From contig OY764327.1 in assembly GCA_963668385.1 (NCBI GenBank), forward strand, positions 5,648,724-5,712,723: a DNA stretch of 64,000 nt, in the 5' to 3' direction. This document shows positions 10,131 to 20,419 of the stretch, in pieces. This DNA comes from an uncultured Carboxylicivirga sp. Lineage in GTDB: Bacteria; Bacteroidota; Bacteroidia; Bacteroidales; Marinilabiliaceae. A program made the position numbers and the translations under genes. The stretch's first letter is position 1; every line of letters starts with the position of its first letter. Below the pieces are notes generated by a model. That model searched no databases. It saw only the letters and a list, made by a program, of their open reading frames with translations, and was not told the DNA's origin.

Positions 10131-11084
10131 TCAAAACCAATAATACAAATACCTATGCTTAGTAAGTTCTTCTCCTAATTTTTGATCCAATGCTGCTAGG
10201 TAAACATTAATATTTTCCTTGCTTACTTCTGACCAAATCTTCAAATATTGTTTTCGAACATCAAGATCTTTTTTATTATTAGAATGACTAACTCGTATTT
10301 GATCACCAGTGGCTAAATCTATAGCAGTAATTGATTCTTCGGAAATTTCAACATTCTTTAACCCAATATGAATTGGATAAGTATAACGTTGGTTTTCAAG
10401 TTCCTCTTTAGGATTTAATGTTATAGGGTTAATAATCCAAAAACTTATCCAGTCTTCTTTAACCCTCCATGATTCAACACTTTTTATTGAGTGAACAAGA
10501 AACCTATTATTCTTATATTCCATTACAAAACACCCATTTTCAAAATGCTTTCTTTTAATATCCAGCTCCTCATGATATTCTAGTGCTGATACAAAAGATT
10601 CTATAGTAGAAAATACTGAATTGATTGTATTTATCACCTGTGGAATGCCTAGCTGAGCAATTGCGCCTACAAATGAGTGGCGTTCTGGATGTGCATAATG
10701 ATTCCGAATTTTTCTGGCTTTCTCAAATGCAAACTTAAGTTTTTTCTCAGGCTCTTTTTTGTGAAGTTCATTCATCAATTGATTTAAAGACTTCCTCCTT
10801 TTGTTTCCATTTTTGAGTTCTAGATCTAAAGAAATTTCGAGTTGTTCACACCTGAATTTAACAGCCATCTCAACTATACCTAATAACTTTTTAAATCCTT
10901 CATCATACATTGGATAATGATACCAGGCATGAGCAAGCAAATGCTCTACTGTTTCATAATCCATTAATATATCCTTCGGAACAGTTGATATAAAACGACC
11001 TTTAAAAATATATTTGCTAATGTAATCATCATAAGAGCGACAATACGCTTCCCATCGAGTATCAGGAATCTCATATTTTTGCAT
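10131..11084 (-). CDS. HEPN-domain protein, putative RNase
   Basis: IVEMAVK helix and KIRNHYAH (RNxxxH) motif; 6 nt downstream of the HNH gene. Confidence 0.6.
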   Translation of the reverse strand: MQKYEIPDTRWEAYCRSYDDYISKYIFKGRFISTVPKDILMDYETVEHLLAHAWYHYPMYDEGFKKLLGIVEMAVKFRCEQLEISLDLELKNGNKRRKSLNQLMNELHKKEPEKKLKFAFEKARKIRNHYAHPERHSFVGAIAQLGIPQVINTINSVFSTIESFVSALEYHEELDIKRKHFENGCFVMEYKNNRFLVHSIKSVESWRVKEDWISFWIINPITLNPKEELENQRYTYPIHIGLKNVEISEESITAIDLATGDQIRVSHSNNKKDLDVRKQYLKIWSEVSKENINVYLAALDQKLGEELTKHRYLYYWF

Positions 11085-11090
11085 ACTTTA

Positions 11091-12167
11091 TTACCTTCCT
11101 AAATTTTCACATAATCCTTGCAAATAACGGTCGGAAGCTCTATCAATCAAGTAATCAAAAAATGCAACATAAACAATTGACCTTTCACGATAATTAACAG
11201 GGAAAGTACTTCTAAATTCAATTAAGTTCGCCTTTAGTTGTTCAATAGTATTTGCATGGGTTAACAGATTAGATTTTGCAATATATCTTTTGTATTGACT
11301 TTCCCAATTTTTAAAAACACCATTCGTAATTGTAGAATTATACTTGTCTTTGATATTAAAAAGCCTCAACCAACTATCAAATATTTCTTTATCATTGGGG
11401 TCTATAATATTTATTTTCAGTGACCAGTCATCATTTGAAATTTTATCATTTGAAACTGTAGGTTCATTTATAAAATTAAAGGTTACTAAAACTCCACCAT
11501 GATTACAGTATGGGTAAAGTCCTTTTACTCTACCTGTTGATTTATAAATTACGTCTTTGGTTCCTTTAGATGGTCTAGAATTACATCCTGTCCCCATTGG
11601 AACCAGATTGTCGAAGTTTACATGAATATATGGGTAAGTATCCTTGCATAGCCAATGGTCAATTGCGGTTCGTGCCTGACCATCCAAATTTAAAATGTTT
11701 TCTAGTCCACAAAATGGACAAACTTCTATATCATTTATAGTGTTAAAATCATCAACATAATCATCAAGATTAGTTGAAAAATGGTCATTGAACTTGTGAT
11801 ATGGAAGAGAGTTTTTCCAGAGGTGTTTAAACAAATTAATAATTGGAGTTCGAATACTAAAATGTAAACTTGCAGGTTTAATTGCAGTTATTCCATTCGT
11901 ATTCTCACATAAATCCTGAATTTTATTTGTGTCTTGAAAAGCTTTAATTACTTTTTCTCTATCATTATTAGATGGTAACGCTTTATAACTATTAAAAACT
12001 ATTTCCAACTTGTTATTTAAGTCAGTTTCACCAAAAACATCATCATACCATTCAGGGAAATCGATATCCGAAAATAAAACCTTTTCATCAAGCTGTGCAA
12101 AAAATGAATCTATAAGCCGATGCAGTTCTGCTAAATCTGTATTAACTTTTTGAAGTGTAAATAGCAT
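11091..12167 (-). CDS. HNH endonuclease (PtuB-like)
   Basis: CPFCG ... IDHWLCKDTYP...NFDNLVPM..GCN; TAATG coupling to the upstream ATPase. Confidence 0.8.
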   Translation of the reverse strand: MLFTLQKVNTDLAELHRLIDSFFAQLDEKVLFSDIDFPEWYDDVFGETDLNNKLEIVFNSYKALPSNNDREKVIKAFQDTNKIQDLCENTNGITAIKPASLHFSIRTPIINLFKHLWKNSLPYHKFNDHFSTNLDDYVDDFNTINDIEVCPFCGLENILNLDGQARTAIDHWLCKDTYPYIHVNFDNLVPMGTGCNSRPSKGTKDVIYKSTGRVKGLYPYCNHGGVLVTFNFINEPTVSNDKISNDDWSLKINIIDPNDKEIFDSWLRLFNIKDKYNSTITNGVFKNWESQYKRYIAKSNLLTHANTIEQLKANLIEFRSTFPVNYRERSIVYVAFFDYLIDRASDRYLQGLCENLGR

Positions 12168-13966
12168 TATTCAGGCTTTTGTTTGAGTTCGTACAATTTG
12201 CTAAATAGGAATTGCTTCTCGCTTGATTCCCCAAACTTACTAATAGCTTTTCTTACTGTATTAATATCATCTGATTCAATGGCAGCTTCAAGTTCTTTTC
12301 TCGCTTTATCAGGAATTAAAACATTTTTATCCGAAAGCATTTTCATGATATAATCAACAGAAGCACCATAGGTCTCAAATTCAAGTTCTTTTGTTGCTGT
12401 TGTTCCATTCTTTCTTTCAAACCAAACTACATTTTTGGTTTTACAATCTGAAAGCATAATTGGAGAGTGAGTCGAAAGAATAACATTTTGTCTTTTTCTA
12501 TCAGATTTATCTTCAATCCGCTCTTTACGCATTAGGTAAATATCATTTAATGTGCTGAAAAACTTTGAACTCCAATCTGCATTAAAATGAGTCGATGGCT
12601 CATCTAGGATGAATATTGTTCCTTCTTCTTCCATTAAAAGTAGTGTACCAACAATTTGAATGAACTGATGCTCTCCATCAGAGAGACTTTTATAGAAAAT
12701 ATCGGTTTTGTCTGATTTCTTTTTTAACCGAACATCACTAATGTAAAAGACTTTATCTTCCTTAATGATTTCAGGCAACATTTCAGCAATATTTTTCCCT
12801 AACCCTGCCTTCTTAGCATCTTCCCTTAATTCTACCGAATAGTTATTAATGTTTAATAAATCCAATAAGTACAAATTCTGAAAAAAGTCAGATACTTTTG
12901 ATTTTCTAAAAGTCTCCTGAAATGCTCTTTTTAATTCCATGTCAACATGAAAGTACAAGGTGAGTTTTATCCAATCTTTTTCAGGATTAATATCCTTTTT
13001 ATCATTGTCAATAGTGAATTTCTGTGTGGTTGAACAATAGATTAAGTTGGTAATAAAAGATTGAAGTTGAATCGGGATGCTCACTTTCTGAAACAAAAGT
13101 GATTTGAAACTTTCTAGTAGTTGTTCTACTTCTGAACTTCCTGTTAATTCTTCAATTTTATCTTTTAGCCTGCTATAGGAGTGGTCTTTTTTTACATCAA
13201 GATTAAAAACTAGCTTGAATGAATGGATGTCTTCAACATCAACTACATCTTTCATATATTCAAGCTCTTTGTTTATTTTAAAACCTAGGTTATCTTCTAA
13301 AACATTATCTTTAAAAAGAAAGTTAGTTAAAAGAACTGAAGCATTGGATTTGTAGTCCATCAAATAAAGTCTGTTTAACCTTGTTGTTCCAATTGACTCT
13401 ATATTATTTGTTGCTCTTTCAAATTCATCAAAATAGAAGAATCCCATACGTTGAAATGGTTTGCTAATTTGCTCATTTCCACCTGAAGAATATGCTACTA
13501 CTTTAGAAGGTAAAATCTTGTCAAATGCTTCAATATAATAATCTTCAGTACTGAAATCCTTTTTTATAAGTTGAACTTCCTTTTCTCCATCAACTTTATA
13601 TGTTATAATTGGCGGTTTATGTTTGTATTTTTTAATGGTTACATTTCTTGTCAGACCATTTTTTACATAATCGCCAGGTTCATTTTGTAACAAGTTGTTG
13701 GCTGATAATGGAATTAGATATTCTATTAAAAAGCCAAAATTGCTATCTGTTTTTATATATTTTTTTGCTGATAAATTATTGATTGATTCTAAATAGAAAA
13801 AGATTTCTGAAATCAACTCCATTACATTTGATTTGCCCGACCCATTAAGACCAGCAAAACAAATAGGGTCAATCTCGTTTCTATTGAAATTATTTTTAAA
13901 CTTAATCTCAAATTCAGGCTGTAAACCCCTAAACTCTGAATATATTTTAATTCTTACTATTTCCAT
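12167..13966 (-). CDS. Restriction-system-associated ABC-type AAA ATPase (PtuA-like)
   Basis: Walker A GLNGSGKS, signature LSDGEHQ, Walker B FILDEPSTH, H-loop STHSP. Confidence 0.88.
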   Translation of the reverse strand: MEIVRIKIYSEFRGLQPEFEIKFKNNFNRNEIDPICFAGLNGSGKSNVMELISEIFFYLESINNLSAKKYIKTDSNFGFLIEYLIPLSANNLLQNEPGDYVKNGLTRNVTIKKYKHKPPIITYKVDGEKEVQLIKKDFSTEDYYIEAFDKILPSKVVAYSSGGNEQISKPFQRMGFFYFDEFERATNNIESIGTTRLNRLYLMDYKSNASVLLTNFLFKDNVLEDNLGFKINKELEYMKDVVDVEDIHSFKLVFNLDVKKDHSYSRLKDKIEELTGSSEVEQLLESFKSLLFQKVSIPIQLQSFITNLIYCSTTQKFTIDNDKKDINPEKDWIKLTLYFHVDMELKRAFQETFRKSKVSDFFQNLYLLDLLNINNYSVELREDAKKAGLGKNIAEMLPEIIKEDKVFYISDVRLKKKSDKTDIFYKSLSDGEHQFIQIVGTLLLMEEEGTIFILDEPSTHFNADWSSKFFSTLNDIYLMRKERIEDKSDRKRQNVILSTHSPIMLSDCKTKNVVWFERKNGTTATKELEFETYGASVDYIMKMLSDKNVLIPDKARKELEAAIESDDINTVRKAISKFGESSEKQFLFSKLYELKQKPE

Positions 13967-16019
13967 TAGTGTGTATTAAATAAAGCCTGAATGGGGACTC
14001 CGAATATTTTAATTGTTTGTAATGTTCAGGGTATTCAGTATTCATAACTCCAGGAAAGTATGCCTGTTTGATTTCCTTTTCAGATTGTAATTCTTGAATA
14101 ATAAACTCATGCAACAATTCAAAAGAAGGATTGAAAAGTTTCTCTTTTAGCTTCTCTGCTAACCCATTGAATGTAAATGCCGATTCATTAAATTCTGTTC
14201 TGACAAATACTTTAAAAGACCTGAATAACTCTATTTTTACATTTTCTTCACTAATATTTACTAAACCATAATTATCACCTAAACGATTAATTATTTCTTC
14301 AAATGTAAATTCCTGCCCCTTAAACTCTTCATGAATAAACCGAGGCATATTTACATTGTAATTGGCAAATGTTATTTTGCCTGCCTGTGTCTCACTGATG
14401 TATTTTAGGATTGGGTCGTTTTCACGGGAAAGTTCTTCTTCTATTTCCTTTAATCGTTTTTCTTCTTGATATTCCTCAAATGCAGGTATCATAAAATCCT
14501 CAGCAATTCCAAGTTGAGTTGAACTGTCTTTTACAATCTGAAACTGCTCCAAAGTTTTTATAGCATCTAATGCAGGAATCTTTAAACTATTAAGCGTTTT
14601 TTGAAATGACTTGATTGCTTCCAATGCAGGAAGATTCATTTTTTGTATTGTCTCCTGTACAGCTTGAATATTTTTTAAAGGTTCAGATAATACTTTTTCA
14701 ATTTGTCGTTGCTGTTTTGCAATTGCTTGTGTCGCTTTTAATAAACTTAATTGTGATTCATACCAGTTAATGGTTCTTATACTGGTTTGTAACTCTACAT
14801 TTTCATCAACTAACTCAAGTTCTTCACGAAATGCCTTTTGAAGAAGTGAATTGAAAAGTTGTTTAGAATCAGTTAAGGATTTTTCAAGTTTTTGTTTTTC
14901 AGCCAAAGCTTTTTCAACAATTGACTCAAAACTTTTTTGCAGTTCAATTGGTGCTAATGGAAATAGATGTTGCTTGAACTTTACCTGAGATATATTCAGC
15001 ATAGAACCACTTGTCCCAGTAGCTTTCTTTGCTAAATTCGTTCGATAACCTCTATTGGTTAGGACATATTTGAAATAGAAAGTTTGTACTTTTTCTTTAT
15101 TTAGGTCAATTCTCCAAAGCTTATCAGGTAAAAACAATTCTTCATAATTCTTATCAACAACACAAGTGGCAGCAACTAGTTCCTTTGTATTTGCTCTTGA
15201 AAATAATAAATCTCCTTTTTGAGGGTGAACCAACTGTTTTTTTATAATTGACTTGTCAACAGCTTTATGTTGTTCAGGTTTAAAATACCCAGACGTAACA
15301 GAACTTACTTTTAATACACCTAATTCATCTTTCTGTATCTGTCTGTTTTCACCGTTAGCACTCCATCCTGATTTTATCCCTTTAATAAAACTTGACATTT
15401 TAACCTGTTCCCAGTTTTTGGTATTTAAAAAAGGGTCACCAAACATTTCAAGAAATACAGATTTAACCAATTCATTTAAAATTGTTATGCTTTGTTTTCG
15501 TTTCCGGATGACATCTTCTGCTTCATTTAATATTTGCGCATAAGCCTTTTGTTTGTCTATCGATGGGAAAGGAATTCTAAGGTTATCAATATGGGCATTC
15601 GTTAAATTATTAATATTTCCTCCTCGAGCAAGGTTTGATATTGTTTCTCTGTAATTCTCTGTTCTAAAAAACAAAGCGGCATAATCTTTATCAATGTTCT
15701 CATTAAATCTCAAGACTTTGCAAAATGCTCCAAAGCTAAATTCTAAATCAGAATTGACTTTGGCACTTTTACCAACTATTTTAATACTTCCGCTAGAAGT
15801 TGAAATTAAGATGTCACCTTTTCTTAAAAATTGGTTTGGTTTAACTAGACTATCAGGCACATACACTAAATCATTAAATGTTAGTTCTTGGTCATCAGTA
15901 ATGTTTCCTGCCCTTAAAATGGGGATATAGCCTTTTTGAGGAGCCAATAGAGATTGTTCCTTTTTATAAGTAATACCCCTAACTTGAGTTATGAGTTTTC
16001 CTAAGAGTTCAGTTCTCAT
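13947..16019 (-). CDS. hsdS: Type I RM specificity subunit with ~290-aa C-terminal extension
   Basis: Two TRD/conserved-region repeats (LRIPFPSIDKQ; FPLAPIELQKSF), then a non-HsdS tail; ATGA overlap with hsdM. Confidence 0.88.
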   Translation of the reverse strand: MRTELLGKLITQVRGITYKKEQSLLAPQKGYIPILRAGNITDDQELTFNDLVYVPDSLVKPNQFLRKGDILISTSSGSIKIVGKSAKVNSDLEFSFGAFCKVLRFNENIDKDYAALFFRTENYRETISNLARGGNINNLTNAHIDNLRIPFPSIDKQKAYAQILNEAEDVIRKRKQSITILNELVKSVFLEMFGDPFLNTKNWEQVKMSSFIKGIKSGWSANGENRQIQKDELGVLKVSSVTSGYFKPEQHKAVDKSIIKKQLVHPQKGDLLFSRANTKELVAATCVVDKNYEELFLPDKLWRIDLNKEKVQTFYFKYVLTNRGYRTNLAKKATGTSGSMLNISQVKFKQHLFPLAPIELQKSFESIVEKALAEKQKLEKSLTDSKQLFNSLLQKAFREELELVDENVELQTSIRTINWYESQLSLLKATQAIAKQQRQIEKVLSEPLKNIQAVQETIQKMNLPALEAIKSFQKTLNSLKIPALDAIKTLEQFQIVKDSSTQLGIAEDFMIPAFEEYQEEKRLKEIEEELSRENDPILKYISETQAGKITFANYNVNMPRFIHEEFKGQEFTFEEIINRLGDNYGLVNISEENVKIELFRSFKVFVRTEFNESAFTFNGLAEKLKEKLFNPSFELLHEFIIQELQSEKEIKQAYFPGVMNTEYPEHYKQLKYSESPFRLYLIHTNGNSKN

Positions 16020-17614
16020 TTAATCATTCCATTTAGTTCTTCCATACCTGAGAGAATCTCTTTTTCTAAGCTTATAAGTTTTTTCAGTAAATCTTTTGGT
16101 GGTTGGTATTCCTCTTCCTGATAATTGAAATCTTTATATGGATTATTGCTTAAATTAAAATCATTCTCTTCTATCTCACTTACTGGTACATAAAAATGTT
16201 GATTTTTACGTTCTTCTTCATTATCGCCAATTCTTTCTTTCCAGCTTTCTACAGCTTTTGGCAAAGGATTTTCTTTTAGTTTTCTTCGATTATCATCTAA
16301 GGAATAACCATCACTCAACAATTCATAAAACCAAACTTTGTCAGTATGATATTTTTTTGAATTGAGTTCCACTTTTGTGAACACTAAGATTGCTGTTTTA
16401 ACTCCCGTGTATGGCTTAAATACTCCTGATGGAATGGAAATTACAGACTCCAGCTGACAGTCCATAAGTAAAGACTTTCGAATGTCTTTTTGAGCTTTGC
16501 TTCCTCCAAATAAAACACCTTCAGGAATAATTACAGCTGCTTTACCTCCTGACCTTAACATTCGAATTATTCGGTCAAGGAAAAGTAATTCGGTAGATGT
16601 TCCCGAGATTCGGAATTTATCGCTCATTTCTGTTTTCGAAATCTTTCCTGTAAATGGTGGATTTGCCATAATTACAGAATATTGCTCATCGCTTTCGTGA
16701 GCATCATATTTTTTCGAAAGTGTATCTATGTTTTCAATATTTGGTTTAGAAATATCGTGTAACATAAGGTTCATTAAACCAATCCGAACCATAGTTTGGT
16801 CAATATCAAAACCAAAGAAGGTATTTTCTTTTAGTTTTTTCCAAACTTTGTCTTTAGTTATTTTATCACCTAAAGTCCCACGTTTAAAACCATTTTCGTC
16901 TGTGGTTAAATGTTTGTCACTAGTATACTTCGTAAGAATATGTTGATACGCTCCCAATAAAAAACCACCTGTACCACATGCTGGGTCGCAAATTTTGTCA
17001 GTAACATCGGGGTCTATTATTTCAGCCATCAATTGAATAATATGTCGTGGTGTTCTAAATTGTCCGTTTTTACCAGCTTGCCCTAACTCATTAAGAAGAT
17101 ATTCATAAACATCGCCTTGTGTGTCCTGAAACTCTTGTCCTTTATCTTGCTGTTTTTTTATCTCTTCGTAAATTTCATCAATTGCTTTCACTGCTTCATC
17201 AAGCAAAAGTGGACTAGTTAATAAGAATACAGCATTTTGCATTGAGCGAGTGTAGGGCTGGTCTTCACTTTTTAATGTTTTGATAAATGGAAAAACAAAT
17301 TTGTTTACCAAACTTAGCATAGCTTCAGGTTCCAACTCTTTAAACTGGCTCCATCTTAGCTTTTTCTTTTCTATAGTATTTTCTTTTGTTTCTTCCTCTT
17401 TTGGATTTAACTGGAATTTTCCTGCAAAAATGGACTCGTATTTTTCCTCGGTAAATTCCGATTTAACTATCTTACTTGTATCCATTTCATCTAACCTTCG
17501 CATGAAAAGAAGGTAGGATATTTGTTCAATTGCCGTAATTGGGTTTGTAATCCCTCTCGACCAAAACTTATCCCAAAGCTTATTTATTTTTGATTTTAAA
17601 TCTGATGATAGCAT
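16016..17614 (-). CDS. hsdM: Type I RM N6-adenine methyltransferase
   Basis: GQFRTPRH, DPACGTGGFL (motif I), NPPF (motif IV). Confidence 0.96.
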   Translation of the reverse strand: MLSSDLKSKINKLWDKFWSRGITNPITAIEQISYLLFMRRLDEMDTSKIVKSEFTEEKYESIFAGKFQLNPKEEETKENTIEKKKLRWSQFKELEPEAMLSLVNKFVFPFIKTLKSEDQPYTRSMQNAVFLLTSPLLLDEAVKAIDEIYEEIKKQQDKGQEFQDTQGDVYEYLLNELGQAGKNGQFRTPRHIIQLMAEIIDPDVTDKICDPACGTGGFLLGAYQHILTKYTSDKHLTTDENGFKRGTLGDKITKDKVWKKLKENTFFGFDIDQTMVRIGLMNLMLHDISKPNIENIDTLSKKYDAHESDEQYSVIMANPPFTGKISKTEMSDKFRISGTSTELLFLDRIIRMLRSGGKAAVIIPEGVLFGGSKAQKDIRKSLLMDCQLESVISIPSGVFKPYTGVKTAILVFTKVELNSKKYHTDKVWFYELLSDGYSLDDNRRKLKENPLPKAVESWKERIGDNEEERKNQHFYVPVSEIEENDFNLSNNPYKDFNYQEEEYQPPKDLLKKLISLEKEILSGMEELNGMIK

Positions 17615-20419
17615 CTATGCTGATATTTTTTGTGTTAATTCTACAATTTCGTTTATCTCATTTGGTTTAAATACACCCAATATTCCGTTTGGATGAATTT
17701 GAGTGAACGGAGCACCAACTAAATCTTTTTTACTTATTTGTCCTTTATCTATTATAAATTTCCTGAGAATCTCAAGAAACTGTATTTGATTAGCTCCAAG
17801 ATTATTGTGTTGTGAAATGAATTCATCGAAAGCTAAGCCAACTACTTCACCAAACGATTTTATTTTTTCAATCCCCAAAATATGTTTTATGAATTGAATA
17901 AATTTCGCATTATGATTATCGTAAACTTTTTGAAGCAATTGCAATGTAACATGTGGTTGCTTTTCTTTAAGCATTGTTGCTAACATTTCAATTTCACTTT
18001 GTGTAATTCCATGACCTGTTTTTATTTTTTGAAGAATTAGATTATTAGTTGCAAGGTCATGAATTGTACTTTCAACCATTTCTTTGTATTTCTGAATGCT
18101 TACGACTTCATTTTCAGGGCCAAATTCAACGGTTTCTTTTTTATATGTTACATCTTTTAAGTTCAATTGAACTTCTTCATTTCCACCAGTATTGATTCCT
18201 TTTCGATACCTCATTAATGGTGATAGTTTCTGAAGGATTTCTTCTAGTTTCTCTTCACTAATTGAGTTCCAAAAAGATTCTCTCAATGCCTGTTTTATTA
18301 AATCCTTTTGTTTGATAACAATATTGATAGACAAAGGCAATTCATCAATTTGTGCAATTAAAATTTCTTTCATTGCATCAAATTCTTCCTCTTTTTCTTC
18401 CAATAGTGTAATTGAAGTTTCAAGAACATCTTTTTTAAACCTCATTTCAAAGAAGTCAACTCTTGAAATAGCTCTCATTATTGGTGCAATTGTTAATTTC
18501 AAAAATTCAATTTTTGAATCATCAATTTTTTCCCAGAACCCTTTTTCTTTAAGCCTTGCCAAATCATTTGCATTGTCCATTACCACCACATTATTCTCTG
18601 GTAGTAATTCAATAATACCCTGTAATCGACTGATTTCTTTTTCTGCAATGGCTTTGGAATCTTTTTCTTTTGCAATTTCAAATTTGTCAAGTATGGTTTT
18701 GAAATACCTGACAGGTAAGGCTAATTGATTGTTACCCTCACGACCTTTTGGATTGAGCTTGAAATATTCGAAATTATCCCAACAATCAATAATCAGGAAT
18801 TTATCTTTTGTATGACACCAAGGCTTTAAATTATTCTCGTCCAGAACTCTTGTGCCACGTCCAATCATCTGCCAGAATTTGGTGTATGAGAAAACTGGTT
18901 TTGCAAAAACTAAGTTAACAGCTTCTCTAACATCAATTCCGGTATCTAACATATCAACACTAATTGCAATTCGAGGGAAGTCACGATTTTTAAATTGGTC
19001 AAGCAAACCACCTTTGCCATAAACACGAGGGTCTTCAGAAACAATAACTTTTGCCAATTCACCTTTGTGTTGTGGAAAGAATTGGTCGAAGATTTCTTTA
19101 ATTCTTCGTGCATGTTTTATGGTCATGCAAAAGAAAATGGTTTTGCCTGGCAAAACCCCGTTTCTATCTTTTATGCACTCTTCCATAAATTCCTTTACAA
19201 TCAGTGCATTTGTGCCTTTGTTTGTTACTGATTTTTCGAGTGAAGTTCCTTCAAAATTTAGTTCTTCAATGTCTTTACCTTCAGCTATTAGCTTTTTCTG
19301 GTCATCGATAGAAATGGTTGTAGCATGAATTCCGTCAACTTGAAACTTTGTGCTAATTTTTAGGACCTCAAAATCATTCAAATATTTTGGAATATTCTTA
19401 ACTGCTTCATCATAGGTGTATGCAAATGAGGGTAATCCATCTTCGCAATCGAAAACTTCGAAAGTATTATGGTCAATTACATCTGTTGGCGTTGCTGTAA
19501 GTCCAAGAACAACAGCATTGAAATAATTTAAAATGTTTTGATAAACATTATAAATCGAGCGGTGACTTTCATCGACAATAACTAAATCGAAAAAATGGGG
19601 AGAAAGACTATTTTGTTCTTCTTCAACAATATTCAACATTGTTGGGTACGTTGAAACATACAGTCTTCTGTCAAACACAAAGTCTTTCTCATTTTGATTT
19701 GGCCAAACAGAGTAATTTGGAGTATGTTCTTTAATCGCTTCAACTGCTTGGTTTCTTAGTTCAATTCTGTCAACCAGAAATAAAGCTCTTGAAATCCAAC
19801 CTGCTCGCATTAATGTGTCAATTAATGCTATTGTTGTTCTAGTTTTTCCAGTTCCTGTTGCCATTACCAGTAGGAATTTTCTTCTCCGTTGTTCAATTCC
19901 TTCCATTACAGTTCTAATAGCTTGAATTTGATATGGTCTTCCTGCTATTTCTGTATTTATCAATTCTTCAGCAAGCGGAGTTTTGTTTTCTCTGATAAAA
20001 GCTAGTCTTTCAAGGTCTGCTCTTGTTGGAAAACCGTAAACTTTATATGGAGCATATTCACCAACATTCCAAAAATAGATATCGTGTCCATTTGAATAAA
20101 AAACAAACGGTTCATTGCATTTATAAACTTCCTTTATTTTCTGAGCATATTGTTTGGCTTGTTCTTCTCCTTTTCTTGCATCCACAGAGTCCTTTTTGGC
20201 TTCGATAACTGCTAATGGTTTTTGATCTTTACCTAAAAGAACATAGTCACAATATTGATTTGACTTATAATTTTCGATTGGTTCCTCAACAATATTAGAG
20301 GAATCTGATTTAATTGTAAATTCCTGAATCACTTGCGTTAAGTCATCAACATTCCATCCCGCTTTTTTGAGCTTTAGGTCAATTATTTCTCTCCTTGTTT
20401 GTGATTCTAAATTTGCCAT
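17615..20419 (-). CDS. hsdR: Type I RM restriction subunit (EcoAI/EcoEI-like)
   Basis: DYVL...IEAKK nuclease motif, MATGTGKT, DESH, LTATP, QMIGRGTR. Confidence 0.95.
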   Translation of the reverse strand: MANLESQTRREIIDLKLKKAGWNVDDLTQVIQEFTIKSDSSNIVEEPIENYKSNQYCDYVLLGKDQKPLAVIEAKKDSVDARKGEEQAKQYAQKIKEVYKCNEPFVFYSNGHDIYFWNVGEYAPYKVYGFPTRADLERLAFIRENKTPLAEELINTEIAGRPYQIQAIRTVMEGIEQRRRKFLLVMATGTGKTRTTIALIDTLMRAGWISRALFLVDRIELRNQAVEAIKEHTPNYSVWPNQNEKDFVFDRRLYVSTYPTMLNIVEEEQNSLSPHFFDLVIVDESHRSIYNVYQNILNYFNAVVLGLTATPTDVIDHNTFEVFDCEDGLPSFAYTYDEAVKNIPKYLNDFEVLKISTKFQVDGIHATTISIDDQKKLIAEGKDIEELNFEGTSLEKSVTNKGTNALIVKEFMEECIKDRNGVLPGKTIFFCMTIKHARRIKEIFDQFFPQHKGELAKVIVSEDPRVYGKGGLLDQFKNRDFPRIAISVDMLDTGIDVREAVNLVFAKPVFSYTKFWQMIGRGTRVLDENNLKPWCHTKDKFLIIDCWDNFEYFKLNPKGREGNNQLALPVRYFKTILDKFEIAKEKDSKAIAEKEISRLQGIIELLPENNVVVMDNANDLARLKEKGFWEKIDDSKIEFLKLTIAPIMRAISRVDFFEMRFKKDVLETSITLLEEKEEEFDAMKEILIAQIDELPLSINIVIKQKDLIKQALRESFWNSISEEKLEEILQKLSPLMRYRKGINTGGNEEVQLNLKDVTYKKETVEFGPENEVVSIQKYKEMVESTIHDLATNNLILQKIKTGHGITQSEIEMLATMLKEKQPHVTLQLLQKVYDNHNAKFIQFIKHILGIEKIKSFGEVVGLAFDEFISQHNNLGANQIQFLEILRKFIIDKGQISKKDLVGAPFTQIHPNGILGVFKPNEINEIVELTQKISA

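Noticed and set aside
10131-14000. Retron system (PtuA/PtuB as in Ec78)
   Set aside because: No reverse transcriptase or msr-msd region in the window; the module is fused to type I RM instead.
440-20208. Numerous short antisense ORFs inside long genes (e.g. 440-643, 3465-3815, 6783-7337, 15253-15543, 18312-18728)
   Set aside because: Shadow ORFs on the opposite strand of well-supported CDSs, with no motifs.
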